NCBI RefSeq assembly: GCF_964355755.1
Contig: NC_092676.1
Coordinates: forward strand, 12,154,671-12,218,670
DNA: 64,000 nucleotides
Source: Antedon mediterranea
Taxonomy: Eukaryota > Animalia > Echinodermata
Direction: 5' to 3'
Shown here: one piece after another, positions 25,687-39,900 of the stretch
How positions within the stretch are numbered: position 1 is the first letter of the stretch
Layout: each line of letters begins with the position of its first letter
Notes under the pieces: generated by a model
What the model saw: only the letters and a program-made list of their open reading frames with translations
Database searches by the model: none
Told to the model about the DNA's origin: nothing
Translations under genes and position numbers: made by a program

Positions 25687-28600
25687 TTACATATTTCTTA
25701 TCTTTTTTTCAGATTTAAACATTTGTAGGAGATTGATTTTTTTTCCCTTTTCCAATAAACTTAATATCTTTACTTTATAAATACAAAATGCTCCTAAGGT
25801 GTATAATTTATTTACGTAATTATTGTCAGTTTCAAATAAAAGTCTTTTGAAAGAAAAAACAGGAATATGTATGCTTACTGCTCTAATTATTTCGTTTATC
25901 TCTCTCCATAAACATTTTACTGTTATGCACTCTACTAACATATGTTTATCATTCTCAATAACATTGCATGTGTCACAACATGGGGAATTTACAAGTCTCC
26001 ACCTATGTAATCTTTCATTTGTTGGCAATATTCTGTGCAACAATTTAAAATTAAAATGTGCCAGTTTTTTTCCTTTAAGACCAGAAACTTTCTTAACCCA
26101 TATTTTTGTCCATGGCATATTACCAAATATGGATTCCCACTTAACCTGTGCCGTAGGTGTAATATATTGAGCATCTATTATGAATCTATATAATTGTCTA
26201 GACGTCATATTTAAGACCTTATTGTTTGTAATAGGTATATCATTTACATTAATGTCATGTGTTGATTTTAAAATACATTTCCATTCTTTTGGAATGGCTT
26301 TCAATATACATGAATATTCACTGATCCAATTTTGTGTACATCTTAACCTTCTTTTTATCTCTATCGCAGGCTTAAACACATTATTATTTATTACATCATA
26401 TATTTTTAAAAACCCTGAACTAATCCAGTTACAGTTATATAACGGCTTCTTTTTAATACATATAAACTCATTACCCCATAATGATTGATTAATAATGTCA
26501 TCATAGCTTATTGGTTCCTTATTTAATCTATTATTACAAGCATTAGCTACTGCTATAGACTTAATAACTGAGAGGTAAAATGGTGGTACGGATATATTAC
26601 ACGGAACTTTTGATAAATTTGAGGTTAATGATTTTGGGCCTATCTTTTCTATATAAAATGTAGGTAAATATTTCCATTTGGCATCATCGTTTTCATACAG
26701 TCTCCTGTACCATTTAACTTGGAAAGATATTACCTGAGATCTGAATTCTACCATTTTTAGACCACCTTGACTGTAATTGGCACACATGGTTTTTCTTTTT
26801 ATTTTCTCTTTCTTAGTTTCCCAAATGAATTTAAAAATTAATTTATCCACCTCTTTTATTACTTTTTCTGGTACTAGCAAAATGCAGGAATTGTATATAA
26901 TTTTTGAGAGCGCTAATGTTTTTACAATAGTAATTCTTCCAAAAAAAGTGAGGTGTCTTTTCTCCCATGTTTTTAGGGTATTTTTTAATGCGTCTATTTT
27001 TTCTTTCCAGTTCTTTTGATAACAATATTCCTTATCATGTCCAACATAGATACCTAATATCCGAATTGGTGTGGATGTCCAAGAAATGTTACCATGTGTG
27101 TCCTTGCAGTCTCTTAAACTGCCAAGCCAAAAAGCATTTGTTTTATTCTTATTTAATTTTAATCCAGAAACCTCTCCAAACTTTTCAATAATACTTATGC
27201 TGTTATCTATACTATTTATATCCTTTAGAAAAAGCACAGTGTCATCTGCTAGCTGTGCAATCTTAATATCTTTAAATATACCATTGCCTGCAGGAACAAT
27301 CAGGCCTTTGACCATATCACATGCTCTTATTTTTGTAGCTAGGACTTCAGCTACTAAAATAAACAATAGAGCAGACAAGGGACATCCTTGTCTAATACCT
27401 TGGTGCATTGCAAAACTTTCTGATTGCCAACCATTATTTGTGAATATACAATTTGTATTGTTATACAGTGCTTTTACCCAGTTCACAAATGAAATACCAA
27501 AATTGAATTTATTTAAGGCTTCTATTAAAAATGATCTATTGACACTGTCAAATGCTTTTTGGAAATCTAAACTTATAAGTATACCTTCAAGCTGTTCATT
27601 TTCCATGTAAGTAATTATGTCCTCTATTAGTCTTATATTGTCACCACCAAAGCGACCTTTTACATACCCTTTTTGGTCATTGTTTATTATATACTTTGCA
27701 ACTCGATGTAATCTTGTTGTAAGAACAAAAGAAGCTATTTTGTAGTCAATATTGAGTAAAGTGATAGGACGCCAGTTATTTAAATCTTTGTGATCACCTT
27801 TTTTGTAAATAAGGTTGATTATTCCCCTTCTTTGTGACACAGACATTTCTTGTGTGGCAAAACCATAATTTAGTGCATCACAAACAAGGTCACAGATAAG
27901 GTACCAGAAGAGTTGATAAAACTCAACTGTTAAACCGTCACTGCCTGGAGCTTAATTTTTTTTCATTTTCTTCATTGCTTGCTCACATTCGAAGAGAGAG
28001 AGATGACCCTCACACATCTCTTGTTCTGCCTCTGTGAGTTTAGTTAAATTAACATGAGATAGGTACTTATCAATTGATTTGTAAGGAACATCTTGTTTTG
28101 AATATATTTTTTTGAAGAAATTAACCTCTTCCTTCAATATCTCTGTGGAATTTGATATAATGGATCCGTCCTGTTTTTTTAATTTTTTAATATGTTTTTT
28201 ATTACTATTATTTTTCTCTAAACCAAGAAAGTATTTAGTGTTTCGTTCGCCATCTTCTATCCACTTTACTCTTGACCTAATTTGAGCGCCTTTAGCTTCC
28301 AATAGGTAAATTTGCTCAAGTTCATTCTTTTTTTGATCTAATTCTGTTTCATACTGGATATTATTATCAGTATTATCTTTTTTCATAATTAAATCATTAA
28401 TGATAGCAATTTCCTGTTGAAGTATTTCTTTTCTTTTGCATTTATTTTTATTTTTCATTTTCCCATATTTTATGGAGAATTCCTTTATTTTTACTTTAAT
28501 CATTTCCCATTTATCCTTTGGGTTAAGTTCTTCTAATCTAGCTCTTTCTATTATGTTTTTGATGTTGTTTATATAATCTTCATTATCTAAGTGAGAATTG

Positions 28601-29366
28601 TTCATTTTCCATAATCCTGGGCCTCTTTCTTCATTAGTTAAACTTATTTTTAAGGATATGGCTTGGTGATCAGACATGATTGACGGCCTGATATCACATG
28701 TGTTAACATATTCACATAAGTCGTTAGATATAAAAAATAGTCCAACCTTCTGTACGTTTGGGTGGATTTCCTTCGCCATGTGAATTGACATGTATCTGGG
28801 TTATTTTTTCTCCAGATGTCATTAAGATTCAGATTTTTCATAAAATGTGTTATTGTAAAAACAGAATTATCTACTCTATCGACACTACCTTTTTGGTCAA
28901 ATTTTCTGTCTAGAGCACAATTCATGTCACCACCTATAATTATTTTATCATTTTTGCTTTCTTTGAAGTCAATAATTGTTTTATGTAAAGTCCTGAAGTA
29001 AGAACATCGATCTTTTACATAATTTGGGGCATATGAATTGACAAGAATGAAATAGTTGTCATCTATTTGAACTCTTAGAAGTAAAAATCTACCATTAATA
29101 TCTTTGTATTGTTTTGTTACCCTGTGTTGAATTTTACTAGCAATAAATGTGGATGTTCCTCTACTGTGTGATGAGCCAAAGCAGTGGTAGGAATCACCTT
29201 GCCATATATCATTCAGTGACTGGGTTTTATCATTTGTCAAATGTGATTCTTGAATGAAGATGATATCTGCTTTGTTGTCTTTGACCCATTTAAAAATACT
29301 AATTTGTTTTTGTTTTTCTCTAAATCCTCTAACATTTAATGATAAAAGGTGTATGTTTGGTGTCAT
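25687..29366 (-). pseudogene. LINE ORF2 (AP endonuclease + reverse transcriptase + C-terminal zinc motif), interrupted by a -1 frameshift and an in-frame TAA
   Basis: APE motifs SLNVRG, FIQESH, SYAPN, GGDMN, DIWR, RLDYF and SDH. RT motifs WRPITLLNIDYKI, LDFQKAFDSV, GIRQGCPLS, LADD and GLKLNKNKT. C-terminal CDTC-X7-H-X4-C. The frame changes at a T6 run near 28732-28737, and TAA at 27954-27952 lies within MKKN*APGSDG, in frame with the 719-aa RT ORF. Confidence 0.93.
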
Positions 29367-29485
29367 ATGATTATTAAATATAAAACATTTTATAAACTTT
29401 ATAATTTATCTTAAATAAAAAAACTAAATTGTAATAATAAACATTTGAAGTCATATTGCACAGTATGATACAGTAGTTCTGCAAC

Positions 29486-30721
29486 TTACTTCCTTGTAAC
29501 CCTTTTCCTTAGGTTGATTTTTTTTTTTTTTTTCTGTGGTGGATTTTCTGGTGATGTTTCCTTTAAATCTTTTTCAGTTCTACTTTCATCAGTGGTAGCC
29601 CCTTTCCTTTCATTGTTACTTTTTGAGTTTTGAGTGGAAGAAACAAAAAAATCTGTTACCTTCTTCTGTTCTTTGCTTTCACTTGCTTCACTAATGGTCT
29701 TTTCCTCACTGTCCAAAATTATTATATCTTTGTCTTTTACATGTTCTTGTTCTTCATCAGATTCACTTCCGCTGCTGTCATCTGCAGTATCTTGTGAGCT
29801 GAACACTTCATCAATATCTACTTCTGTGTCTGAATTTGGGTTTGCATTATCATGTGATTTATCTTTATCTGTTATCTTTAAGTCTTTATCTGTTATTTGT
29901 TTTGGTATTGGAGTGTGCACAAATGATTCCCACATACGGTTAATATATGCCCCTGTTGATCCCATTGAGTTGGCTGATATTTGCTGTTGGCCTATTTCAT
30001 TGTTGCAAGTGCTCATAGTATGACCTTCTTGGTGACATTTAAAGCATACTCTATTAGCCTTACATTGATAAGCTTCGTGTCCATTTTTCAAGCATTTGTT
30101 ACATTTGATCTCTTGTCCTTCGTGAAACACACGAGCTTTGAAACCATTTAGAACGATTTGCCTGGGTATGGGGGATGACATTTTTTCAACAAAGACAGCC
30201 CTATCACCATTAAGCCAACTTGTCAGTTGTCCGTTGACTCTGATTTTTTGCCTCATTATATCACTTACTGGTTTGCAACCCAATGCTTTTAACCGGTTTG
30301 CTATCTCGGAGTCCGCTACAGACAACGGAATATCTTTAATGAGGATTCTCGTACTGTCCGTTTTGTTATATGCAAGATATGGATTAATGTCGAACACTGT
30401 GACATTACAATTTCTTATGTTAATACCGTTCGTTATTAGTTGCACTCTGTCTTTCCTATCATTGACATAGATTCTCCAGAGATTCCGGATTTTCTGAACA
30501 CCTACGATGTGATCGGCGGGTATAATTTTTGTTAATGTAATGCATAGATCTTCATCTCTAAAGAACGATTTATCGGTTGGAATTTGGTCTGCTTTTAAAA
30601 ACACCGGCTTCACACCTCCTTGTTGTTGCGTTGTTTGCATACCGGCTTTGTTTACTCGGTTGCTCGTAGCCCCCGCTGACTTTGTAGAAGCGGCGGGAGA
30701 TTTCGGTTGATATGTAGCCAT
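29486..30721 (-). CDS. LINE ORF1 nucleic-acid-binding protein with two CCHC zinc knuckles (411 aa)
   Basis: CX2CX4HX4C motifs CNKCLKNGHEAYQC and CFKCHQEGHTMSTC, an acidic low-complexity region and a basic tail. It lies upstream of the APE-RT ORF, as in Tx1-clade elements. Confidence 0.92.
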   Translation of the reverse strand: MATYQPKSPAASTKSAGATSNRVNKAGMQTTQQQGGVKPVFLKADQIPTDKSFFRDEDLCITLTKIIPADHIVGVQKIRNLWRIYVNDRKDRVQLITNGINIRNCNVTVFDINPYLAYNKTDSTRILIKDIPLSVADSEIANRLKALGCKPVSDIMRQKIRVNGQLTSWLNGDRAVFVEKMSSPIPRQIVLNGFKARVFHEGQEIKCNKCLKNGHEAYQCKANRVCFKCHQEGHTMSTCNNEIGQQQISANSMGSTGAYINRMWESFVHTPIPKQITDKDLKITDKDKSHDNANPNSDTEVDIDEVFSSQDTADDSSGSESDEEQEHVKDKDIIILDSEEKTISEASESKEQKKVTDFFVSSTQNSKSNNERKGATTDESRTEKDLKETSPENPPQKKKKKINLRKRVTRK

Positions 30722-30925
30722 TAAGCTACGTTGGATTTTACACGTTAAACTTGAGTATATTATCGTAATATACCAAACGACAAACTTCTTTTTGTTCAGA
30801 ATCCTTATGTAAATCAGGATTACTTACTTAATCTTCGTTTTACAGTGAAATATGGTGTAAAAATAACTATTTTACTCAGAGCTTAGTTTGGCCTGTCACC
30901 TTGGTTTCCTGACCAGAGCGCCCGT

Positions 30926-33900
30926 ACAAAAACATCAAAGTGCTTAAAATCACATTTAAAACCGTTTTAGAGCGTTTTGAGCATTTCGATAAACTTTTCA
31001 CACAAAAACATCAAAGTGCACAAAATAGCTTCAAATCGCATTTAGAGATGTTTTAGACCATTTTGTGCATTTCGATAAAACTTTTCACACAAAAACATCA
31101 AATTGCACAAAATAGCTTAATACCGTGTTAGAAATCGTTTTAAACCATTTTGAGCATGTCGATAAAACTTTTCACACAAAAACATCAAAGTGCACAGAAT
31201 ATCTTCAAATCGCATTTAGAGACGTTTTAGACCATTTTGTGCATTTCGAAAAAATTTGTTAACATAAAAAGACCAAAGTGTTTAGAATATCTCCAAATCG
31301 CATTTGGAGACGTTTTAGACCATTTTGTGCATTTCGATGAAACTTGGTTACACAAAAACATCAAAGTGCTTAAAATCACATTTGAAACTGTTTTAGAGCA
31401 TTTTGAGCATTTCGATAAAACTTTTCACACAAAAACATCAAAGTGTACAAAATAGCTTCAAATCACATTTGAAACCGTTTTAGACCATTTTGAGCATTTC
31501 GATAAAACTTTTCACACAAAAACATCAAAGTGTACAAAATAGCTTCAAATCGCATTTGGAGACGTTTTAGACCATTTTGTGCATTTCGATGAAACTTGGT
31601 TACACAAAAACATCAAAGTGCTTAAAATCACATTTGAAACCGTTTTAGAGCATTTTTAGCATTTCGATAATACTTTTCACACAAAAACATCAAAGTGTAC
31701 AAAATAGCTTCAAATCGCATTTGGAGACGTTTTAGACCATTTTGTGCATTTCGATGAAACTTGGTTACACAAAAACATCAAAGTGCTTAAAATCACATTT
31801 GAAACCGTTTTAGACCATTTTGAGCATTTCGATAAAACTTTTCACACAAAAAAATCAAAGTGCACAAAATAGCTTCAAATCGCATTTGGAGACGTTTTAG
31901 ACTATTTTGTGCATTTCGAAAAAATTTGTTAACATAAAAAGACCAAAGTGTTTAGAATATCTCCAAATCGCATTTGGAGACGTTTTAAACCATTTTGTGC
32001 ATTTCGATGGAACTTGGTTACACAAAAACATCAAAGTGCTTAAAATCACATTTAAAACCGTTTTAGAGCATTTTGAGCATTTCGATAAAACTTTTCACAC
32101 AAAAACATCAAAGTGCACAGAATATCTTCAAATCGCATTTAGAGACGTTTTAGACCATTTTGTGCATTTCGAAAAAATTTGTTAACATAAAAAGACCAAA
32201 GTGTTTAGAATATCTCCAAATCGCATTTGGAGACGTTTTAGACCATTTTGTGCATTTCGATGAAACTTGGTTACACAAAAACATCAAAGTGCTTAAAATC
32301 ACATTTGAAACTGTTTTAGAGCATTTTGAGCATTTCGATAAAACTTTTCACACAAAAACATCAAAGTGTACAAAATAGCTTCAAATCACATTTGAAACCG
32401 TTTTAGACCATTTTGAGCATTTCGATAAAACTTTTCACACAAAAACATCAAAGTGTACAAAATAGCTTCAAATCGCATTTGGAGACGTTTTAGACCATTT
32501 TGTGCATTTCGATGAAACTTGGTTACACAAAAACATCAAAGTGCTTAAAATCACATTTGAAACCGTTTTAGAGCATTTTTAGCATTTCGATAATACTTTT
32601 CACACAAAAACATCAAAGTGTACAAAATAGCTTCAAATCGCATTTGGAGACGTTTTAGACCATTTTGTGCATTTCGATGAAACTTGGTTACACAAAAACA
32701 TCAAAGTGCTTAAAATCACATTTGAAACCGTTTTAGACCATTTTGAGCATTTCGATAAAACTTTTCACACAAAAAAATCAAAGTGCACAAAATAGCTTCA
32801 AATCGCATTTGGAGACGTTTTAGACTATTTTGTGCATTTCGAAAAAATTTGTTAACATAAAAAGACCAAAGTGTTTAGAATATCTCCAAATCGCATTTGG
32901 AGACGTTTTAAACCATTTTGTGCATTTCGATGGAACTTGGTTACACAAAAACATCAAAGTGCTTAAAATCACATTTAAAACCGTTTTAGAGCATTTTGAG
33001 CATTTCGATAAAACTTTTCACACAAAAACATCAAAGTGTACAAAATAGCTTCAAATCGCATTTAGAGACGTTTTAGACCATTTTGTGCATTTCGATAAAA
33101 CTTTTCACACAAAAACATCAAAGTGTACAAAATAGCTTCAAATCGCATTTAGAGACGTTTTAGACCATTTTGGGCATTTCGATGAAACTTGGTTACACAA
33201 ATACATAAAAGTGCTTAAAATCACATTTCAAGCCGTTTTAGAGCATTTTGAGCATTTCGATAAAACTTTTCACACAAAAACATCAAAGTGCACAGAATAT
33301 CTTCAAATCGCATTTAGAGACGTTTTAGACCATTTTGTGCATTTCGAAAAAATTTGTTAACATAAAAAGACCAAAGTGTTTAGAATATCTCCAAATCGTA
33401 TTTGGAGACGTTTTAGACCATTTTGTGTTTTTCGAAAAAACTTTTCACACAAAAACATCAAAGTGTACAAAATTGCTTCAAATCGCATTTGGAGACGTTT
33501 TAGACCATTTTGTGATTTTCGAAAAAATTTGTTAACATAAAAAGACCAAAGTGTTTAGAATATCTCCAAATCGCATTTGGAGACGTTTTAAACCATTTTG
33601 TGAATTTCGATGGAACTTGGTTACACAAAAACATCAAAGTGCTTAAAATCACATTTAAAACCGTTTTAGAGCATTTTGAGCATTTCGATAAAACTTTTCA
33701 CACAAAAACATCAAAGTGTACAAAATAGCTTCAAATCGCATTTAGAGAGGTTTTAGACCATTTTGTGCATTTCGATAAAACTTTTCACACAAAAACTTCA
33801 AAGTGTACAAAATAGCTTCAAATCGCATTTAGAGACTTTTTGACCATTTTGTGCATTCTGATAAAACTTTTCACACAAAAACATCAAATTGCACAAAATA

Positions 33901-36900
33901 GCTTAATACCGTGTTTGAAATCGTTTTAAACCATTTTGAGCATGTCGATAAAACTTTTCACAAAAAAACATCAAAGTGCACAGAATAGCTTCAAATCGCA
34001 TTTGGAGACGTTTTAAACCATTTTGTGCATTTCGATAAAACTTTTCACATAAAAACATCAAAGTGTACAAAATAGCTTCAATTCGCATTTAGAGACGTTT
34101 TAGACCATTTTGGGCATTTCGATGAAACTTGGTTACACAAATACATAAAAGTGCTTAAAATCACATTTCAAACCGTTTTAGAGCATTTTGAGCATTTCGA
34201 TAAAACTTTTCACACAAAAACATCAAAGTGTACAAAATAGCTTCAAATCGCATTTAGAGAGGTTTTAGAGCATTTTGAGCATTTCGATAAAACTTTTCAC
34301 ACAAAAACATCAAAGTGTACAAAATAGCTTCAAATCACATTTGAAACCGTTTTAGACCATTTTGAGCATTTCGATAAAACTTTTCACACAAAAACATCAA
34401 AGTGTACAAAATAGCTTCAAATCGCATTTGGAGACGTTTTAGACCATTTTGTGCATTTCGATGAAACTTGGTTACACAAAAACATCAAAGTGCTTAAAAT
34501 CACATTTGAAACCGTTTTAGAGCATTTTTAGCATTTCGATAATACTTTTCACACAAAAACATCAAAGTGTACAAAATAGCTTCAAATCGCATTTGGAGAC
34601 GTTTTAGACCATTTTGTGCATTTCGATGAAACTTGGTTACACAAAAACATCAAAGTGCTTAAAATCACATTTGAAATCGTTTTAGACCATTTTGAGCATT
34701 TCGATAAAACTTTTCACACAAAAAAATCAAAGTGCACAAAATAGCTTCAAATCGCATTTGGAGACGTTTTAGACTATTTTGTGCATTTCGAAAAAATTTG
34801 TTAACATAAAAAGACCAAAGTGTTTAGAATATCTCCAAATCGCATTTGGAGACGTTTTAAACCATTTTGTGCATTTCGATGGAACTTGGTTACACAAAAA
34901 CATCAAAGTGCTTAAAATCACATTTAAAACCGTTTTAGAGCATTTTGAGCATTTCGATAAAACTTTTCACACAAAAACATCAAAGTGTACAAAATAGCTT
35001 CAAATCGAATTTAGAGAGGTTTTAGACCATTTTGTGCATTTCGATAAAACTTTTCACACAAAAACATCAAAGTGTACAAAATAACTTCAAATCGCATTTA
35101 GAGACGTTTTAGACCATTTTGTGCATTTTGATAAAACTTTTCACACAAAAACATCAAATTGCACAAAATAGCTTAATACCGTGTTTGAAATCGTTTTAAA
35201 CCATTTTGAGCATGTCGATAAAACTTTTCACAAAAAAACATCAAAGTGCACAGAATAGCTTCAAATCGCATTTGGAGACGTTTTAAACCATTTTGTGCAT
35301 TTCGATAAAACTTTTCACATAAAAACATGAAAGTGTACAAAATAGCTTCAAATCGCATTTAGAGACGTTTTAGACCATTTTGGGCATTTCGATGAAACTT
35401 AGTTACACAAATACATAAAAGTCCTTAAAATCACATTTCAAACCGTTTTAGAGCATTTTGAGCATTTCGTTAAAACTTTTCACACAAAAACATCAAAGTG
35501 CACAAAATAGCTTCAAATCGCATTTAGAGATGTTTTAGACCATTTTGTGCAATTCGATAAAACTTTTCACACAAAAACATCAAATTGCACAAAATAGCTT
35601 AATATCGTGTTTGAAAACGTTTTAGACAATTTTGAGCATGTCGATAAAACTTTTCACACAAAAACATAAAAGTGAACAGAATAGCTTCAAATTGCATTTG
35701 GAGACGTTTTAGAGCATTTTGTGCATTTCGATAAAATGTGTTAACATTTCACACAAAAACATCAAAGTGCACAAAATAGCTTCAAATCGCATTTAGAGAT
35801 GTTTTAGACCATTTTGTGCATTTCGATAAAACTTTTCACACAAAAACATCAAATTGCACAAAATAGCTTAATACCGTGTTTGAAATCGTTTTAAACCATT
35901 TTGAGCATGTCGATAAAACTTTTCACAAAAAAACATCAAAGTGCACAGAATAGCTTCAAATCGCATTTGGAGACGTTTTAAACCATTTTGTGCATTTCGA
36001 TAAAACTTTTCACATAAAAACATCAAAGTGTCCAAAATAGCTTCAAATCGCAGTTAGAGACGTTTTAGACCATTTTGGGCATTTATAAAAGTGCTTAAAA
36101 TCACATTTCAAACCGTTTTAGAGCATTTTGAGCATTTCGATAAAACTTTTCACACAAAAACATCAAAGTGCACAAAATAGCTTCAAATCGCATTTAGAGA
36201 TGTTTTAGACCATTTTGTGCAATTCGATAAAACTTTTCACACAAAAACATCAAAGTGCACAAAATAGCTTCAAATCGCATTTAGAGATGTTTTAGACCAT
36301 TTTGTGCATTTCGATAAAACTTTTCACACAAAAACATAAAAGTGAACAGAATAGCTTCAAATTGCATTTGGAGACGTTTTAGAGCATTTTGTGCATTTCG
36401 ATAAAATGTGTTAACATAAAAAGACCAAAGTGTTTAGAATATCTTCAAATCACATTTGGAGACGTTTTAGACCATTTTTGGCATTTCGATGAAACTTGGT
36501 TACACAAAAACATCAAAGTGCTTAAAATCACATTTAAAACCGTTTTAGAGCATTTTGAGCATTTCGATAAAACTTTTCACACAAAAACATCAAAGTGTAC
36601 AAAATAGCTTCAAATCGCATTTAGAGAGGTTTTAGACCATTTTGTGCATTTCGATAAAACTTTTCACACAAAAACATCAAAGTGTACAAAATAGCTTAAT
36701 ATCGTGTTTGAAAACGTTTTAAACCATTTTGAGCATGTCGATAAAACTTTTCACATAAAAAGACCAAAGTGCACAGAATATCTTCAAATCGCATTTAGAG
36801 ACGTTTTAGACCATTTTGTGTTTTTCGAAAAACTTTTCACACAAAAACATCAAAGTGTAGAAAATTGCTTCAAATCGCATTTAGAGACGTTTTAGACCAT

Positions 36901-39900
36901 TTTGTGCATTTCGAAAAAACTTTTTAAAATAAAAACACCAAAGTGCTTAGAATAGCTTCAAATCGCATTTGGAGACGTTTTAGACCATTTTGTGCATTTC
37001 GACGAAACTTGGTTACACAAAAACATCAGAGTGCTTAAAATCACATTTGAAACCGTTTTAGAGCATTTTGAGCATTTCGATAAAACTTTTCACACAAAAA
37101 CATAAAAGTGTACAAAATAGCTTCAAATCACATTTGAAACCGTTTTAGACCATTTTGAGCATTTCGAAAAAATTTTTCACACACAAACATCAAAGTGTAA
37201 AAAAATAGCTTCAAATCGCATTTGGAGACGTTTTAGACCATTTTGTGCATTTCGATGAAACTTGGTTAAACAAAAACATCAAAGTGCTTAAAATCACATT
37301 TGAAAGCGTTTTAGAGCATTTTGAGCATTTCGATAATACTTTTCACACAAAAACATCAAAGTGTACAAAATAGCTTCAAATCGCATTTGGAGACGTTTTA
37401 GACCATTTTGTGCATTTCGATGAAACTTGGTTACACAAAAACATCAAAGTGCTTAAAATCACATTTGAAACCGTTTTAGACCAATTTGAGCATTTCGAGA
37501 AAACTTTTCACACAAAAAAATCAAAGTGCACAAAATAGCTTCAAATCGCATTTGGAGACGTTTTAGACTATTTTGTGCATTTCGAAAAAATTTGTTAACA
37601 TAAAAAGACCAAAGTGTTTAGAATATCTCCAAATCGCATTTGGAGACGTTTTAAACCATTTTGTGCATTTCGATGGAACTTGGTTACACAAAAACATCAA
37701 AGTGCTTAAAATCACATTTAAAACCGTTTTAGAGCGTTTTGAGCATTTCGATAAACTTTTCACACAAAAACATCAAAGTGCACAAAATAGCTTCAAATCG
37801 CATTTAGAGATGTTTTAGACCATTTTGTGCATTTCGATAAAACTTTTCACACAAAAACATCAAATTGCACAAAACAGCTTAATACCGTGTTTGAAATCGT
37901 TTTAAACCATTTTGAGCATGTCGATAAAACTTTTCACACAATAACATCAAAGTGCACAGAATATCTTCAAATCGCATTTAGAGACGTTTTAGACCATTTT
38001 GTGCATTTCGAAAAAAATTTGTTAACATAAAAAGACCAAAGTGTTTAGAATAACTCCAAATCGCATTTGGAGACGTTTTAGACCATTTTGTGCATTTCGA
38101 TGAAACTTGGTTACACAAAAACATCAAAGTGCTTAAAATCACATTTGAAACCGTTTTAAAGCATTTTGTGCATTTCGATGAAACTTGGTTACACAAAAAT
38201 ATCAAAGTGCTTAAAATCACATTTAAAACCGTTTTAGAGCATTTTGAGCATTTCGATAAAACTTTTCACACAAAAACATCAAAGTGTACAAAATAGCTTC
38301 AAATCGCATTTAGAGAGGTTTTAGACCATTTTGTGCATTTCGATAAAACTTTTCACACAAAAACATCAAAGTGTACAAAATAGCTTCAAATCGCATTTAG
38401 AGACGTTTTAGACCATTTTGTGCATTTCGATAAAACTTTTCACACAAAAACATCAAATTGCACAAAATAGCTTAATATCGTGTTTGAAAACGTTTTAAAC
38501 CATTTTGAGCATGTCGATAAAACTTTTCACACAAAAATATCAAAGTGCACAGAATATCTTCAAATCACATTTAGAGACGTTTTAGACCATTTTGTGCATT
38601 TCGAAAAAGTTTGTTAACATAAAAAGACCAAAGTGTTTAGAATATCTCCAAATCACATTTGAAACCGTTTTAGAGCATTTTGTGCATTTCGACGAAACTT
38701 GGTTACACAAAAACATCAAAGTGCTTAAAATCACATTTGAAACCGTTTTAGAGCATTTTGAGCATTTCGATAAAACTTTTCACACAAAAACATCAAAGTG
38801 TACAAAATAGCTTCAAATCGCATTTAGAGAGGTTTTAGAGCATTTTGAGCATTTCGATAAAACTTTTCACACAAAAACATCAAAGTGTACAAAATAGCTT
38901 CAAATCACATTTGAAACCGTTTTAGACCATTTTGAGCATTTCGATAAAACTTTTCACACAAAAACATCAAAGTGTACAAAATAGCTTCAAATCGCATTTG
39001 GAGACGTTTTAGACCATTTTGTGCATTTCGATGAAACTTGGTTACACAAAAACATCAAAGTGCTTAAAATCACATTTGAAACCGTTTTAGAGCATTTTTA
39101 GCATTTCGATAATACTTTTCACACAAAAACATCAAAGTGTACAAAATAGCTTCAAATCGCATTTGGAGACGTTTTAGACCATTTTGTGCATTTCGATGAA
39201 ACTTGGTTACACAAAAACATAAAAGTGCTTAAAATCACATTTGAAATCGTTTTAGACCATTTTGAGCATTTCGATAAAACTTTTCACACAAAAAAATCAA
39301 AGTGCACAAAATAGCTTCAAATCGCATTTGGAGACGTTTTAGACTATTTTGTGCATTTCGAAAAAATTTGTTAACATAAAAAGACCAAAGTGTTTAGAAT
39401 ATCTCCAAATCGCATTTGGAGACGTTTTAAACCATTTTGTGCATTTCGATGGAACTTGGTTACACAAAAACATCAAAGTGCTTAAAATCACATTTAAAAC
39501 CGTTTTAGAGCATTTTGAGCATTTCGATAAAACTTTTCACACAAAAACATCAAAGTGTACAAAATAGCTTCAAATCGCATTTAGAGAGGTTTTAGACCAT
39601 TTTGTGCATTTCGATAAAACTTTTCACACAAAAACATCAAAGTGTACAAAATAGCTTCAAATCGCATTTAGAGAAGTTTTAGACCATTTTGTGCATTTCG
39701 ATAAAACTTTTCACACAAAAACATCAAATTGCACAAAATAGCTTAATATCGTGTTTGAAAACGTTTTAAACCATTTTGAGCATGTCGATAAAACTTTTCA
39801 CACAAAAATATCAAAGTGCACCGAATATCTTCAAATCGCATTTAGAGACGTTTTAGACCATTTTGTGCATTTCGGAAAAATTTGTTAACATAAAAAGACC

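Larger units (their letters stand above)
24208..30925 (-). mobile_element. Full-length L1-group (Tx1-like) non-LTR retrotransposon, copy 1
   Basis: About 200-bp 5' UTR, ORF1 with two CCHC knuckles, 119-bp spacer, ORF2 with APE, RT and C-terminal cysteine motif, about 1.47-kb 3' UTR and an A11 tail (T run 24208-24218). Satellite on both sides. Confidence 0.96.

Noticed and set aside
25823-30470. Plus-strand and nested ORFs (60-179 aa) within the LINE
   Set aside because: Antisense or alternate-frame shadows of ORF1/ORF2 with no recognisable motifs.
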